This document shows positions 42,601 to 60,637 of a stretch of DNA of 64,000 nt, piece after piece. How positions within the stretch are numbered: the stretch's first letter is position 1; the number at the start of each line of letters is the position of its first letter. The stretch is from assembly GCA_950097015.1 (NCBI GenBank), contig CATNEN010000008.1:4278001-4342000 (forward strand), written 5' to 3'. The notes beneath the pieces were generated by a model, which made no database searches, was not told where the DNA came from, and was given only the letters and a program-made list of their open reading frames with translations. The DNA comes from Macrostomum hystrix (taxonomy: Eukaryota; Animalia; Platyhelminthes). Made by a program: the position numbers and the translations under genes.

Positions 42601-45600
42601 GGGCAGAGTTCTCAGCGAAGCCGCGAGCCGCCTCAGCGGTCAGGCCGGCGTTCGTCACGAAGCGCAGCTCGCGGGGCGGCGGAGGCGGCCGTTGAAGAGG
42701 CTGCACAGCGGGGTCTTCAGGGCCGCCTTCGATTCGCCCCTTTGAGTCGGTGAGAGAGAATGGATACAATTCGCGAACTCTGACTAGTTCGCGAGGAGGA
42801 TATGGATTTGGGATTTTTGGTGGTCCATCAGACTTTGGGATCCTTGATGATCGATTGGGAATTGGGGGTCTTTGATTATCGATGGGGATTTTGGGAAATT
42901 CGATTATCGATTGGGATTTGGGGATCTTTGATTATCGATAGGGATTTGGGATATTTTATCATCGATAAGGATTTGGGGATATTTTATCATCGATTGGGAT
43001 TTGGGGATATTTGATCATCGATTGGGATTCGGGGATATTTGATTATCGATTGGGATTCGGGGATATTTGATTTTCGCTTGGGATTCGGGGATAGTTGATT
43101 ATCTATTGGAGTTTGGAATATTTGATTAATAGTTTGGGGATAAGAAATCTTTGATTATCGATTTGGGTTTGGGGATTTTTGATTGGCATTTGGGGATATT
43201 AGACAATCGATTGGGAATTAGGGATATTCGATTATCGATTGGGGTTTGGATATTTGATTATCTATTGGAGCTTAAAATATTTGATTAATTGTTGGGATTT
43301 GGGGATATTTAAATAACGGTTTATGTTCGGGATTCATGACAATCCATAGGAGTTTAGGGATCCTTTGTTATAGATTTGTGTTTGGGGCCTTTGATTATCG
43401 ATTGGGGTTTAGGGATAATTGATTATTGATGGAGTATTCGGTCTTCTGACTACAGGGATTTTTCAATCAAGATCCTGGTTCTGAGCACACACCTGGCTTC
43501 TATAGACCTGTCCCTCAACATAGAAAGTGGTAAGCACGATAACCATAGCGTCCATAGGTGTGTGGCCGCAATTATTCAGCCAAACGCCATCCCTAGTAAC
43601 CATCAGATTGCAGGACTTGTCCGGCAGCAGTGTCTTGATATCGCCAGAGATGGCCAGCCGCAGCAGCTGCTCGGGGCTGTTGCCGCATTCGTCGAGCAGG
43701 AAGCTGAGTACAAACACAGCCCGCTCGATCTGATCGAGGTTGGCGCGATTCGATGGGTTCAACTCTGCCAATTGTTGCCTAGCAACAGACCATTGTGAGC
43801 GGCTCAGTCCGTGCAGTCCTGCAACTGAGCCGGCGTCGACACTCCCAGCGGCTTGACCGTCGCCGGATTCCACAAGTTTCACCAGCTGGGACAACCGGCT
43901 GTGATATTCGGCCACCGAGTACGGCTGCTCGGTTTCATCCACCAGGTCCAGGACAAATAGGCGGCCCCGAAGCAGCACCAGAAAGTGCTTCGGCGCGTCG
44001 CCTTCGACACGAGGACGAAAATGGGAGGCCATGGTGTCAAAATCACGCCCGGGAATTTGACAGGTGGAGAAATAGCGCCTGGAATCAACAATTGTCGGGT
44101 AGGAAATGGGATCTGGGATCTGGCTTTGAAAATTTAGTTAGATATCATTTGGGATTTGTGTGAGTAGGATGTGTGCGAGTTGGGATCTGTGTGAAAGTTG
44201 GGATCTATGTGTTTTGGGATCTGTGAGTTTTGGGATCTGTGTGTTTTTGGGATCTGTTTGAGTTGGGATCTGTTACAGTTGGGATCTGTGACAGTTGGAA
44301 TCTATGTGATTTGGGATCTGTGTGAGTTGGGATTTATGAGAATTGGGATTTGTGTGACAGTTGGCATCTGTGTGACATTTGGGATCTGTGACAGTTGGGA
44401 TCTGTGACAGTTGGGATCTGTTACAGTTGGGATCTGTGACAGTTGGAATCTGTGTGACAGTTGGGATCTGTGACAGTTGGGATCTGTGACAGTTGGGATC
44501 TGTGACAGTTGGGATCTGTGACAGTTGGGATCTGTGACAGTTGGAATCTGTGTGACAGTTGGGATCTGTGTGACAGTTGGGATCTGTGACAGTTGGGATC
44601 TGTGTGACAGTTGGGATCTGTTACAGTTGGGATCTGTGTGACAGTTGGGATCTGTTACAGTTGGGATCTGTGACAGTTGGAATCTGTGTGACAGTTGGGA
44701 TCTGTGACAGTTGGGATCTGTGTGACAGTTGGGATCTGTGTGACAGTTGTGATCTGTGACAGTTGGAATCTGTGTGACAGTTGGGATCTGTGACAGTTAG
44801 GATCTGTGTGACAGTTGGGATCTGTGTGACAGTTGGGATCTGTGACAGTTGGGATCTGTGTGACAGTTGGGATCTGTTACAGTTGGAATCTGTGTGACAG
44901 TTGGGATCTGTGACAGTTGGGATCTGTGTGACAGTTGGGATCTGTGTGACAGTTGGGATCTGTGACAGTTGGAATCTGTGTGACAGTTGGGATCTGTGAC
45001 AGTTGGGATCTGTGTGACAGTTGGGATCTGTGTGACAGTTGGGATCTGTGACAGTTGGGATCTGTGACAGTTGGGATCTGTGTGACAGTTGGGATCTGTG
45101 TGACAGTTGGGATCTGTGACAGTTGGGATCTGTGTGACAGTTGGGATCTGTGTGACAGTTGGGATCTGTGACAGTTGGGATCTGTGACAGTTGGGATCTG
45201 TGTGACAGTTGGGATCTGTGTGACAGTTGGGATCTGTGACAGTTGGGATCTGTGTGACAGTTGGGATCTGTTACAGTTGGGATCTGTGTGACAGTTGGGA
45301 TCTGTGACAGTTGGGATCTGTGACAGTTGGAATCTGTGTGACAGTTGGGATCTGTGACAGTTGGGATCTGTGACAGTTGGGATCTGTGACAGTTGGGATC
45401 TGTGTGACAGTTGGGATCTGTGACAGTTGGGATCTGTGTGACAGTTGGGATCTGTGACAGTTGGGATCTGTGTGACAGTTGGGATCTGTGACAGTTGGGA
45501 TCTGTGTGACAGTTGGGATCTGTGACAGTTGGGATCTGTGACAGTTGGGATCTGTGTGACAGTTGGGATCTGTGACTCTTGGAATCTGTGTTTTGATTAA

Positions 45601-46218
45601 AAAAATCGCATTACGCTCTATAGCCGCTACTTGTCAGCAGTCCTCTAGTTCCTAGTTTTTTGTGATATATGCAATTGGATCTTTGAATAAGGGGATAATG
45701 GGATCTACTCACCTGAACTGGTCCATAGACATAGGAGCACCCGCGCCATTCTTATCAATCGGGAAGGTCTGCTCACGCAGGCTGCTCCACACTAAGCCGT
45801 AGTAGCGGCACATTGCAGCGGCTCGCTCAACAGCGGTACCATCCCTGGCTGGCCAATACTGCTGGTGGTAGGGACCCACACCAGCCATGTTCAACAGAGG
45901 ATGCAGAGCAGTCCTATTGGCCAGGTAAGCATACTGAAACCACCAATCGGCTATCCAGTTGCGCTGCTCATTTGCTCGTTGCTGTAGCTTGGCGTGCAGC
46001 TCTCTGCCCGGCCCGGATTCGAACTCGCGCACTACGGCTTGAGTTTTGGCGAACTCGGCCTCGCTTAGGAATGGTCGCGTAGAGGTCAAATAGAGGTCAA
46101 GAGTTTCGGCTAGCGAAGGAAGCGGATAGCTGGGCAGACTGTTCTCCAACGAGAAGGTGGGCGCGCCGGAAGACTTGGTGAGGTCGGGGAAATCATTTTT
46201 GTACAAGTCTAGCTCCAT
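39689..46218 (-). CDS. CROT: Carnitine O-octanoyltransferase (peroxisomal carnitine acyltransferase), 646 aa
   Basis: Exons 46218-45713, 44078-43493, 42739-42270, 40067-39689 join in frame (1941 nt). Motifs: LPSYPLPSLAETL, RNWIADWW, YWPARDGT, HTPMDAM, LHPDTVTQLALQLAY, GRTETIRS, GCDRHLLGL, KSGGGGNFVLSTS (CROT-type). The C-terminal ARL fits PTS1. Confidence 0.93.
40128..40330. repeat. 18-bp minisatellite CTCTGATGTACATTTAAT
   Basis: CROT intron 3, near the acceptor; stray copies at about 40555-40590. Confidence 0.9.
41150..42090 (+). pseudogene. Decayed non-LTR retrotransposon fragment with RNase H domain, in CROT intron 3 (antisense)
   Basis: AYTDGS (41492-41509) and VRVHNGVPGNIAADAAAK (about 41771-41825) are RNase H motifs, followed by a TGH motif. 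The frame is disrupted and the conserved Trp/Glu are lost. Confidence 0.7.
42800..43430. repeat. Degenerate array GATTGGGATTTGGGGATATTTGATTATC-like
   Basis: Fills CROT intron 2. Confidence 0.8.
44150..45580. repeat. 16/18-bp minisatellite GACAGTTGGGATCTGT(GT)
   Basis: Fills CROT intron 1. Confidence 0.97.
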
Positions 46219-46299
46219 TTTAGCGGAATTTGAATTTCTGAAATCTCAAAAAATTTAAAAGAATGCAACGAATAGTAATTAATAACTGATAACACCTGC

Positions 46300-46505
46300 C
46301 ATAAATAAGTCAGATGTGCAGCCGCTACACCCACCGCCAATTACCCCAGCTGACGCTGGTACCCATTTAACAGCTGGGTGAACTGAAGCAACGCAGATTT
46401 GTGTGTCTTGCTAAAGGAAACAAATTGTTCCAATTGAGTCGGGAATCGAACCTACGACCTTCCAGTCATGATTACAATGCTCAAACTACTAGGTTACAAC
46501 CCCCT
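46300..46505 (-). mobile_element. tRNA-derived SINE with CORE-like domain (family B)
   Basis: tRNA-like head with B box GGTTCGATTCC (46452-46442), followed by CCTTTAGCAAGACACACAAATCTGCGTTGCTTCAGTTCACCCAGCTGTTAAATGGGTACC (46417-46358), which resembles the MIR/CORE consensus as I recall it. No TSD found. Confidence 0.72.
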
Positions 46506-49500
46506 TGTATTGGGTTGAGCTGGGCAATATTTACACAAATTTAGTTGTCAGTTTGATTACTCAAGTGCTCAAGTAAGCTTCAAGGTAGACTTTGGCCTAG
46601 ACAATCTAGATCTAGATTGGGGTAAAAAAAACCCAAGGCTTGACAAAAAATCGTCATAACTTAAAGAGAGAGAATAGAGACAAGAGTAGCTTATGAGCCT
46701 ACTCTGAAAAAAAAACTGGGTGTGGGTGTGGTCAAAGAAAGAAATGAGATAAAGAAAGGGTCAATGGTCAATAAATAAGGACTGTTATTAATGTGGCAAA
46801 AAGTTAAAGTTCATATACAGAATTATATTAAAGCCAAATCAAATATTGAGTTGCATTCAGACACCAGGCTAGATCTATAGATAAGATAATAACTAGCTAG
46901 GCCTACCTAGCTTACCCTTTAGGCAGACTAAAGTGTATGCCTGTTTTTAAGACCCTAAATGTATCATATCTTGTAGGGCCAATCAAAAAATTATCTTTCA
47001 CATCATTGCTGTTAACCAAAAGTTTGTCTTAGTACTTAAATTTTAACTCCCTTCTAAATCTGAGGCAGCATTTTTATTTGTAAGCCATATGATAGCATAT
47101 TTATTACCCTGGCCATATCCTTACTTTGTCTAATGTATCTTCCTCAAAGCTTTGACATGTGTTCCAAAAAGTGTTACCAATAATCTCTAGTGTACAGGAG
47201 TCTTCTTATTGTTTTTCTCTTTCTTGACTTAGATTGTCTTAGCATTTGTCTCCTCATGTTTGTAAATAACAAACAATAAATGCTTCTTTTGAATATCACA
47301 ATACTAAATGTTAGGCCTAGGCTTCTCTCTTGGTTTTCTTCTATATTTATCTACTAATTTTTACAGAAAGCTAAACTGAAAATTTTACAGTAGCTCAAAC
47401 TAAATTATAATGTGTTTTAAGCAAAATAAATTTTTTAACAAAAAAACAAATCATTTTGCATTATTTCTAGGAAAGCATAAGAAATAGATTGCCACCACTT
47501 TATAAAAAGAGTAGGATAAAATTCTTTTATTAGTATTCCAATTAAGTTTTGGCAAACATTTTCCAAGCCAATACCTTGTTTATTGAAGCAAAAAATATGT
47601 CAGAAATAAAAAAAACGAAAGTTGAAAATTATATATCTAAAAACTTATGTGGCTTGTATTATATTACAATCTAGATATTGAAATACAGGACAGCAACAAG
47701 AACAGCAGCAGGAAAAAATGTTGTTTCAGTTAGCGCGCCGCAGTGGCCCGTGGAAAGTTGTGGTCATGCATTAGCGTTAGTGAACTAATGTGAAATAAGA
47801 GTATAATATTTCATACACTAAAAATGGGCTTAACAGATATATATATATATTACAATCTAATTTTTAACTACACAACATGAGCTATAGTTGCGTTATTTAA
47901 AATGTATAAACAACAATATTACATTATTTTAAATGCCAAATTAAGCTCAATTAGAACTGGTCATCAGCTCAATCGTGCTTCTGAATTCTTAGAAAATCAA
48001 GGCATGATGACAATTTGATTTTGTTCCCAGCGTTCGAAAAGTCTTACACAACGCAAAAATAGCTCGTATGTTAAGAATTGGCCCTTAACAGATCAATCCT
48101 AGGTTAGTTACAGATGACTTATTTATAAAATATGTATATATTTGTCTATTTAACTCAATCTATATGATTAAAATAAGAATACGAATAGCCGTAAACAAGT
48201 TACATTTTGCAGCTCTATTTCATTTGCTTTTTCGTTGCTATTTCTTTGAGAAAATGATGAGAATCGATGCATCCTTGGGTTTCAAAGCAATCGCGACACA
48301 CACAGCGCTGAAATTGTTTCTCTCTCCATGTCATTATTGTAAAGAAAAAATAATATGGGAAAATGATGCTGCATTTTACTACACAGTTTATTTAAAAAAA
48401 TGAATCCATTTGAAAATTGTGCTTTCAATAATGCCTCTTTTTACTACACAATAACAAGGCGATTTCATCTTTCGTTTCAGTCCTGTCCTTGCTCCCATTC
48501 CACTGTTGTCCCTTTCATACTGTTTATTTTTACACCCAGTCGACAGCGCTAAATTTCAGCTAAAAATAAGAGTTTTTTGTTTCCATCTAATAATTATCTT
48601 CCTTGCTTCTTCTCCTTTCCTTCCTTCAAGCTGCTACTAGCCACCTCATCAAGTGCCTGGAGCTATTCTGTAAGCCGATGCATGATCAGGTTATTTAGAA
48701 TTTAGAAAACGTTCATGTTGAAAAAATTTTCTTCACTGTCTGTGACAAATTAGGTTTCGTTAGCGAGTCTGTTCATGCATACGATAGTAATTAAAAGTTG
48801 AAAGTTGTTGAGTTACTTATGAGCCGCCCGGTACTTTGGAATAGGAAATAAATTTTTTAACAACAAATTATATAGACCAAAAATTCAGTACGAAATATAT
48901 AGAGAAACAGAGATAGTAAAGCAGAAAGATAGTAATCAAAGTTTATTGGTTAGCGTTTTCATTAATTGAAGCAAACAATACGAGCTATATACACAGAGCA
49001 TAGAACACATAAAGTTAAGTTTCTTACTAAAAGTTGCTGCATGCTAATATTCTCAATTGATTGGATTACTACATTTCCCAATATTAAATTATATGATGGA
49101 CACTGAAAACATGCAGAATGCAATCTAAGCGAATTGATAGGCAAAAGGCAGATTTAGTTCCTGGTTTTATTTAAATACGTACACAATACAATAACAAAAG
49201 CTAGAAGATAGGAAAACTTTAGAATTAGTATATAGAATAAATCTCTGCCTTGATCTACAGATTGATGAACATAAAACATAACAATAGACAAATAGAACTC
49301 TAAAGTTCATTGTCAGTCACAAATCTTAGTTGCATGCTACAGTATGGGGCAGGTAATTTCCAGTTCATACCTGTTATTTATTAATTAAGTTGAACTCCCG
49401 TTTGCGTGCCATTTTTCTAGTTTTCTTGTGTCAGATAGAAGTACAACCATCTAGCGCGAGAAATCAGGCAGAGGAAAAACTTAAATGATGCATTTCAGGA

Positions 49501-49623
49501 ACAGAAAAAAGCTATATTCATTAATTTCGTTTTTTCAAACAGGTCTACGTGATAAACAGGACAATTATAGAATAATCAATAGTCTTTGTTTTTGTCATCA
49601 AGCTGTCATGTGACACACCGACG

Positions 49624-54156
<4,533 letters not shown>

Positions 54157-54419
54157 ATTAATATAAGTATTTAACCGAAGGGTAGAGAGAATAGAGGTTG
54201 GCAGGAAGTCAAGCTTATTGACAATGCAAGCAACCGACAGCAACCGTATTGGGTCTTATAAGATAACAAAAATAATCCCAAACTTGGGACGGCGCTGGCA
54301 AAGCGAAAATTCGAATCTCAGTAGCTACGGGGAGGGGATGCGCCGGCTTGTTGTCACTGGAGACACGCGCACTGCCGAGGTTGGCTCGGTGGAAAAATAG
54401 TTGAACGATTTGGTAAAGT

Positions 54420-54700
54420 TTTCTTAACAAACAGGCAGAGGCCCGGAGATGCTAGAGAGAGCTGAGTGGGGCGAGTGTTTGTATGCTCTTGGATGGTGCC
54501 ACCTCCTGCTTCCTTCCTTCTTCCTGGCCCCGTCTCGCTGGCGGCAGTGAAAATAATCCAACAGGGGGGAGGGAATTCCGAAACCCGGCTGGGGGCCCCC
54601 GAGGGGAGGGGGGAGGGACGGCGCCGCCGACCAATGAGAATCAAGCGCCGTCACAGTGGAAGCTGTTCAGCGGTCCGATCAGCCAGCCAATGGCTGGTCG
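54420..54700 (-). promoter_or_regulatory. Candidate FoxC proximal promoter
   Basis: GC-rich island 270-540 bp upstream of the FoxC ATG, with CCAAT at 54631 and 54687, a G-rich Sp1-like tract at 54601-54617 and forkhead-type ACAAACA at 54427-54433. Confidence 0.4.
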
Positions 54701-54879
54701 CGGTTCGCCAAACTGGTGGCATAAGTATTCTGGAATGCTGATTAATTTTCCATTAATTAATTAAATGAAGGTGCGTTATTTTCGCGCGACCAGGAGCGAA
54801 ACTATAGAGTGACACGAAAGCGAGGGATAGATAAGGATTGAGAGAAAGGTAGATATATAAACACTGTGAGATAGGGGAT

Positions 54880-55170
54880 GAGAAATAGAGAGTGAGAAAT
54901 AGAGGGTGAGAAATAGAGGGTGAGAAATAGATGGTGAGAAATAGATGGTGAGAAATAGAGGGTGAGAAATAGAGGGTGAGAAATAGATGGTGAGAAATAG
55001 AGGGTGAGAAATAGAGGGTGAGAAATAGAGGGTGAGAAATAGAGGGTGAGAAATAGTGGGTGAGAAATAGATGGTGAGAAATAGAGGGTGAGAAATAGAG
55101 GGTGAGAAATAGAGGGTGAGAAATAGAGGGTGAGAAATAGAGGGTGAGAAATAGAGGGTGAGAAATAGAG
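54880..55170. repeat. 14-bp minisatellite GAGAAATAGAGGGT
   Basis: Upstream of FoxC. Confidence 0.95.
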
Positions 55171-56204
55171 GCAGAGAATTTGAGATAAAGAGATGAAGGG
55201 TGGGAGACGTAGGGAAAGACATTGTCAGAGAAAGGAGAAAGGCAGAGAGCTGTACAGCGAGACAGACAGGTGATAGCAGAGTTGAGAAAAACAAACAGAT
55301 CCCATTCCCATGTACATATCTGGGAGTCCGACAGACCACTTAACAACGCAATAGAATTGTGCCAAGTGCTTCCAATAGTCAATTAGAATTTTAATCTCTG
55401 AATTTTTCCTGTCTCCTTTTACGAAGCCTTGGGGCAAAAATCTTATAGAGTATATTTACCTATATATAATGAACAACTTCTTTCAGGGATTAAAATTGGC
55501 TGACGCGCTCAATAAGAGATCCTTACGTGAACTCAAAAGTCGAAAATCCGAAAAGTAAATAAATTTGAATTTGGATCATTGAAGCGTCATATGAGTTGAT
55601 GTCAGTTTGTAAAGTATTTATATGCATTTATGCTTGCCTGAGAATATATTAATTTTGATTCGTGATATATATAAAATTGTTTAATACTGTCGGACTATAT
55701 CACAGCAAGCACATCCAGACAACTTTGCAACATATGACATGCATGCCTGCAGTGTATAATAATCGGTAATTAAGTAATTACTTGCAATTTGTAGCAAATT
55801 GTCTTGAACTGTCTTAAACTGTAAAAAATTGCGTCTGATATTAAATAACAGAGCGAATAAAGACTCAACTTGATGCTGCTGCTGATGCAACTCCATGCAA
55901 TGTGCCTTCGAAATGCACAATTTCGATAATTGTTTGACGGATACATTTACACAACATGATTTGGTACTTTGCCTATATAAATGGCAACTTATTTGATAAA
56001 TAAATGCCGTGCAACCATTGCAATTGTATATATATTATATATAGATATTTTACTGTGACAAATCGAATGTAGCAATTTCAATCCCAAGGCTTGACTTCAT
56101 TTCAAGACATGGTGGCAAGGGTGTGATACTACTGAACGATAATGCATTTCAAGAAGCACTGGTTTTGATATAAACCTCATAACTACAGCCAATTTGAAAA
56201 TTAG

Positions 56205-56820
56205 ATAAGATCTATATAGATTGGATTAGGGAGTTCTGGGATAGATCTATAGACATTCGATTTGGGAGATCTGGGATAGATCTATAGATTTTGGATTTGG
56301 GAGTTCTGGGATAGATCTATAGACATTCGATTTGGGAGATCTGGGATAGATCTATAGATTTTAGATTTGGGAGTTCTGGGATAGATCTATAGACATTAGA
56401 TTTGGGAGATCTGGGATAGATCTATAGATTTTGGATTTGGGAGATCTGGGATAGATCTATAGACATTAGATTTGGGAGATCTGGGATAGATCTATAGATT
56501 TTGGATTTGGGAGTTCTGGGATAGATCTATAGACATTAGATTTGGGAGATCTGGGATAGATCTATAGATTTTGGATTTGGGAGATCTGGGATTGATCTAT
56601 AGACATTAGATTTGGGAGATCTAGGATAGATCAAAAGACATTGGATTTGGGAGATCTGGGATAGATCTATAGAGATTGGATTTGGGAGATCTGGGATTGA
56701 TCTATAGAGATTGGATTTGAGAGATCTGGGATAGGTCTATAGACATTGGATTTGAGAGATGTGGGATAGGTCTATAGACATTGGATTTGAGAGATGTGGG
56801 ATAGGTCTATAGAGATCGGA
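56205..56820. repeat. 35-bp minisatellite TTTGGGAGATCTGGGATAGATCTATAGACATTAGA
   Basis: Each unit contains the palindrome ATAGATCTAT. Confidence 0.95.
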
Positions 56821-57867
56821 TTTTTCATATGGAACATTGAAGACAAATCTCAAGGGATTGCATTGGGAGATTCGGATAGATCAAGAGAAGAGAAGGGTAT
56901 CATTGCGACTCTCCATTGCTTTCAGAAGCCAAGAATGTTGAAGAAAACGGAAGGAATGTTTGGTGAAACGTGTGGGTGAATTGCAGGATGGGATATTCAG
57001 GTATTTAAAAAATTCAACACCTAAGCTTCATAGGATTAAGGTTAAGATAAGATCCCAAAATATTCATGCAGCTTTTATTGGGAGTTATTTTACGATAAAA
57101 TTAGGATTCTCAGACACAAGCACTCAAAAACGGTGTCGGCGTTCCAGTTTGCTCATCAATCATATTTTCTAAATATAGTTATGCCTTTCTGTCCCATATA
57201 GGAATGGCTTCAGACAATAATACAATGGCGAGATGGCATTTAACATTTCTTATGTCACACCTGCTTGTGTCAGTAAAAACAAACAGTGGGTGTGGGGGGC
57301 ACATTATAATGAATATATTTTGGTGAACCTGACTTCGCATGAATGATCTGCAATTGGACTTCTTTTAAACTATATAGATTGTTAAGAAGAAATTAATTAA
57401 GTCTATAGCAAGGCGAATTTTAGGATTAAATTTTCTTTTTCTAAATCGTATGTGGACAGCATGTGACGAAGCGAAAATGATCCCTACTACGCTCACCTTG
57501 GATACCGCATAGCAACTGTAGCAAAAGGGAATTTGTGTCAGTCCCATCGCCAGGAAATTTAATTGATAGCTCGTAATAGGCTTCGCCAATTCTCAATAAA
57601 GTGATATTCACCTGCAACTGACACTAGCCTATCTTCATCATCAGCTGCTCATTTGTTGTTGTCTGTCAAACTGTTTTATAAGCAACACACACACATATTT
57701 CATTTAGAGGGAATATTTTAGCAAATGCAAATATTTTTATAAAACATTTTCTATAAGTATTTGTTTTAAATAAACTTAGCGTTAACTTGGGAGTTAGTTT
57801 CATTTGACAGCTAGAAACTAGGGTATCAGTTTGTTAAAGGGTTATTTGCGTTCTTTATGAATACTAT

Positions 57868-58235
57868 ATGAGAGGAGAGGAGAGTAGAGTAGAGTAGAGG
57901 AGAGGAGAGGAGAGGAGAGGAGAGGAGAGGAGAGGAGAAGACAGGAGAGGAGAGGAGAGGAGAGGAGAGGAGAGGAAAGGAGAGGAGAGGAGAGGAGAGG
58001 AGAGGAGAGGAGAAGACAGGAGAGGAGAGGAGAGGAGAGGAGAGGAGAGGAGAGGAGAGGAGAGGAGAGGAGAGGAAAGGAGAGGAGAGGAGAGGAGAGG
58101 AGAGGAGGGGAAAGGAGAGGAGAGGAGAGGAGAGGAGAGGAGAGGAGAGGAGAGGAGAGGAGAGGAGAGGAGAAGACAGGAGAGGAGAGGAGAGGAGAGG
58201 AGAGGAGAGGAGAGGAGAGGAGAGGAGAGTAGAGG
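57868..58235. repeat. (GGAGA)n pentamer, pure purine tract
   Basis: Direct reading. Confidence 0.97.
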
Positions 58236-59649
58236 ATGCTAGAAGCTGGTAATCTTGGATTCAGCTTTGCAAGCATTCACAATAGCAGCAGCAGGTCGCT
58301 CATTCGAAGCCACTTGAACAAGAATCAGCCCTAGCGACAAGGAGCGTGTCTGAAAGCCAAGACGTGTGAAGCATGAAGCTTTCTATGAGGCAATACTATC
58401 ATATATTTTTTGGAACAAGACATTTAACAAGCCATTACTGCAGGTAATATTCGCTGGGGAATATAATCCCAAAGGTGTTTAGGGATCTTGGCAACTGGCC
58501 TGCTTTGTGGTGGGCCAGTCGTGGGTTCAGCGAGATGGGGAAGAGAATTATAGGGATTTAAGTCGGCACTTTGCAGCCAAATGATTGAACATTTTATATG
58601 CGCATAGACAAAGCGATTTCTTGGATTTCGGGCAGGGCAGGTGTCTGTTTGGTCTAGTCTCTAGGGTATTCTCCATGGCAACGAAATTCGCACCTGTATG
58701 CTTTGCAGGGGCCTGCTGCTGCTGCTGCTGCTGCTATGTGCGCCCCGACTGACTGGGCTTGGCCCGCTAAGGAGTCCTCTGGGGAAAAATTAATTTTTTC
58801 TTAGCGCTAAGAGAGAGGATCGGAGGAAGAATTATTAGTAAGATTTTCTTCCCCAGATTCTGTACAAACTAAACCTTTAACCTCTAGCCGTTCAGCCATT
58901 TCCATTTTTTAATGCTTCAAACTAATCGAGCGCTGTCCGATTTTCACAGAAGAAGAAGAAGAAGAAGAGGACGAGGGTTTCGTGTTTATTTCCCCGATGA
59001 TTTTTGAAGGCAGCCTCGAACAAAAAAATAAATCAATCGAAGATTTCCCATGCAGTCCAATAAACACAGCTTTGCCAGGGAGTCTTCTTATCTCCCACTA
59101 AATTTAGCGGCAGTTCCCATACAAGATGGCCCATCATTATTCCCCATTTCCCCATCCTTCCTTCTTCCATTTATCGCCAGATTTCGTCAACTTTGCATAG
59201 CAACAATGCGAATTGGGATCAACAATGTCAGCAGGGGAGATGGACTGATTGAAGGGAAAATTCTCCCCTATTAACTTTATAAATATAAAATACGTGCGGG
59301 AAGCTTAACTGGGAATTTAGCTGCAGAATTGTGACACGTTAAAAGTTTGATAAACAGGTGTCACGCAGGCAAGGATATGCAGTAAGCTAGGAGCCTACAG
59401 TGGTTGGAGTGACTATAGTGAATGGGACAATTTAACTGCTTCATTACCATTCAAGTGGACATTGTTGATCAGTTAGTTCAAGTCTAAATTCATTAATTTG
59501 GAAACACTTGTGAATGTTAAAGCAATGTTACACAATTCAATATGAGTGGTGTGACTTTTGTAAATTTAACTCAATAAGGGGGCCGGTAAACACAGTATAT
59601 TTGCAGATCATTAAAATCGGATAATAGTCCAGAAAATAGAATGAAATCT

Positions 59650-60637
59650 TGTCTAAGCCCTGAATGAAACCTTGTCTAAATCCTGAATGAATCCTTGTCT
59701 AAGCCCTGAATGAATCCTTGTCTAAGCCCTGAATGAAACCTTGTCTAAATCCTGAAGAGAACCTTGTCTAAATCCTGAAGAGAACCTTGTCTAAATCCTG
59801 AAGAAAAGCTTGTCTAAATCCTGAAGAGAACCTTGTCTAAATCCTGAAGAAAAGCTTGTCTAAATCCTGAAGAGAACCTTGTCTAAATCCTGAAGAAATG
59901 CTTGTCTAAATCCTGAAGAGAACCTTGTCTAAATCCTGAAGAAATGCTTGTCTAAATCCTGAAGAGAACCTTGTCTAAATCCTGAAGAAATGCTTGTCTA
60001 AATCCTGAAGAGAACCTTGTCTAAATCCTGAAGAGAACCTTGTCTAAATCCTGAGGAAAAGCATGTCTAAATCCTGAAGAGAACCTTGTCTAAATCCTGA
60101 AGAAAAGCTTGTCTAAATCCTGAAGAGAACCTTGTCTAAATCCTGAAGAGAACCTTGTCTAAATCCTGAGGAAAAGCATGTCTAAATCCTGAAGAGAACC
60201 TTGTCTAAATCCTGAAGAAAAGCTTGTCTAAATCCTGAAGAGAACCTTGTCTAAATCCTGAAGAGAACCTTGTCTAAATCCTGAAGAGAACCTTGTCTAA
60301 ATCCTGAGGAAAAGCATGTCTAAATCCTGAAGAGAACCTTGTCTAAATCCTGAAGAAAAGCTTGTCTAAATCCTGAAGAGAACCTTGTCTAAATCCTGAA
60401 GAGAACCTTGTCTAAATCCTGAAGAAAAGCTTGTCTAAATCCTGAAGAGAACCTTGTCTAAATCCTGAAGAGAACCTTGTCTAAATCCTGATAAAAAGCA
60501 TGTCTAAATCCTGAAGAGAACCTTGTCTAAATCCTGAAGAAAAGCATGTCTAAATCCTGAAGAGAACCTTGTCTAAATCCTGAAGAGAACCTTGTCTAAA
60601 TCCTGAAGAGAACCTTGTCTAAATCCTGAAGAGAACC
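59650..60637. repeat. 23-bp minisatellite AACCTTGTCTAAATCCTGAAGAG
   Basis: About 43 copies. Confidence 0.97.

Noticed and set aside
46435-46505. tRNA gene
   Set aside because: The acceptor stem does not close and the sequence runs straight into a CORE-like body, so it is a SINE head. The same applies to 8580-8650.
58669-58682. Second X-box (TTCTCCATGGCAAC)
   Set aside because: Only the right half-site is canonical, and there is no nearby gene start.
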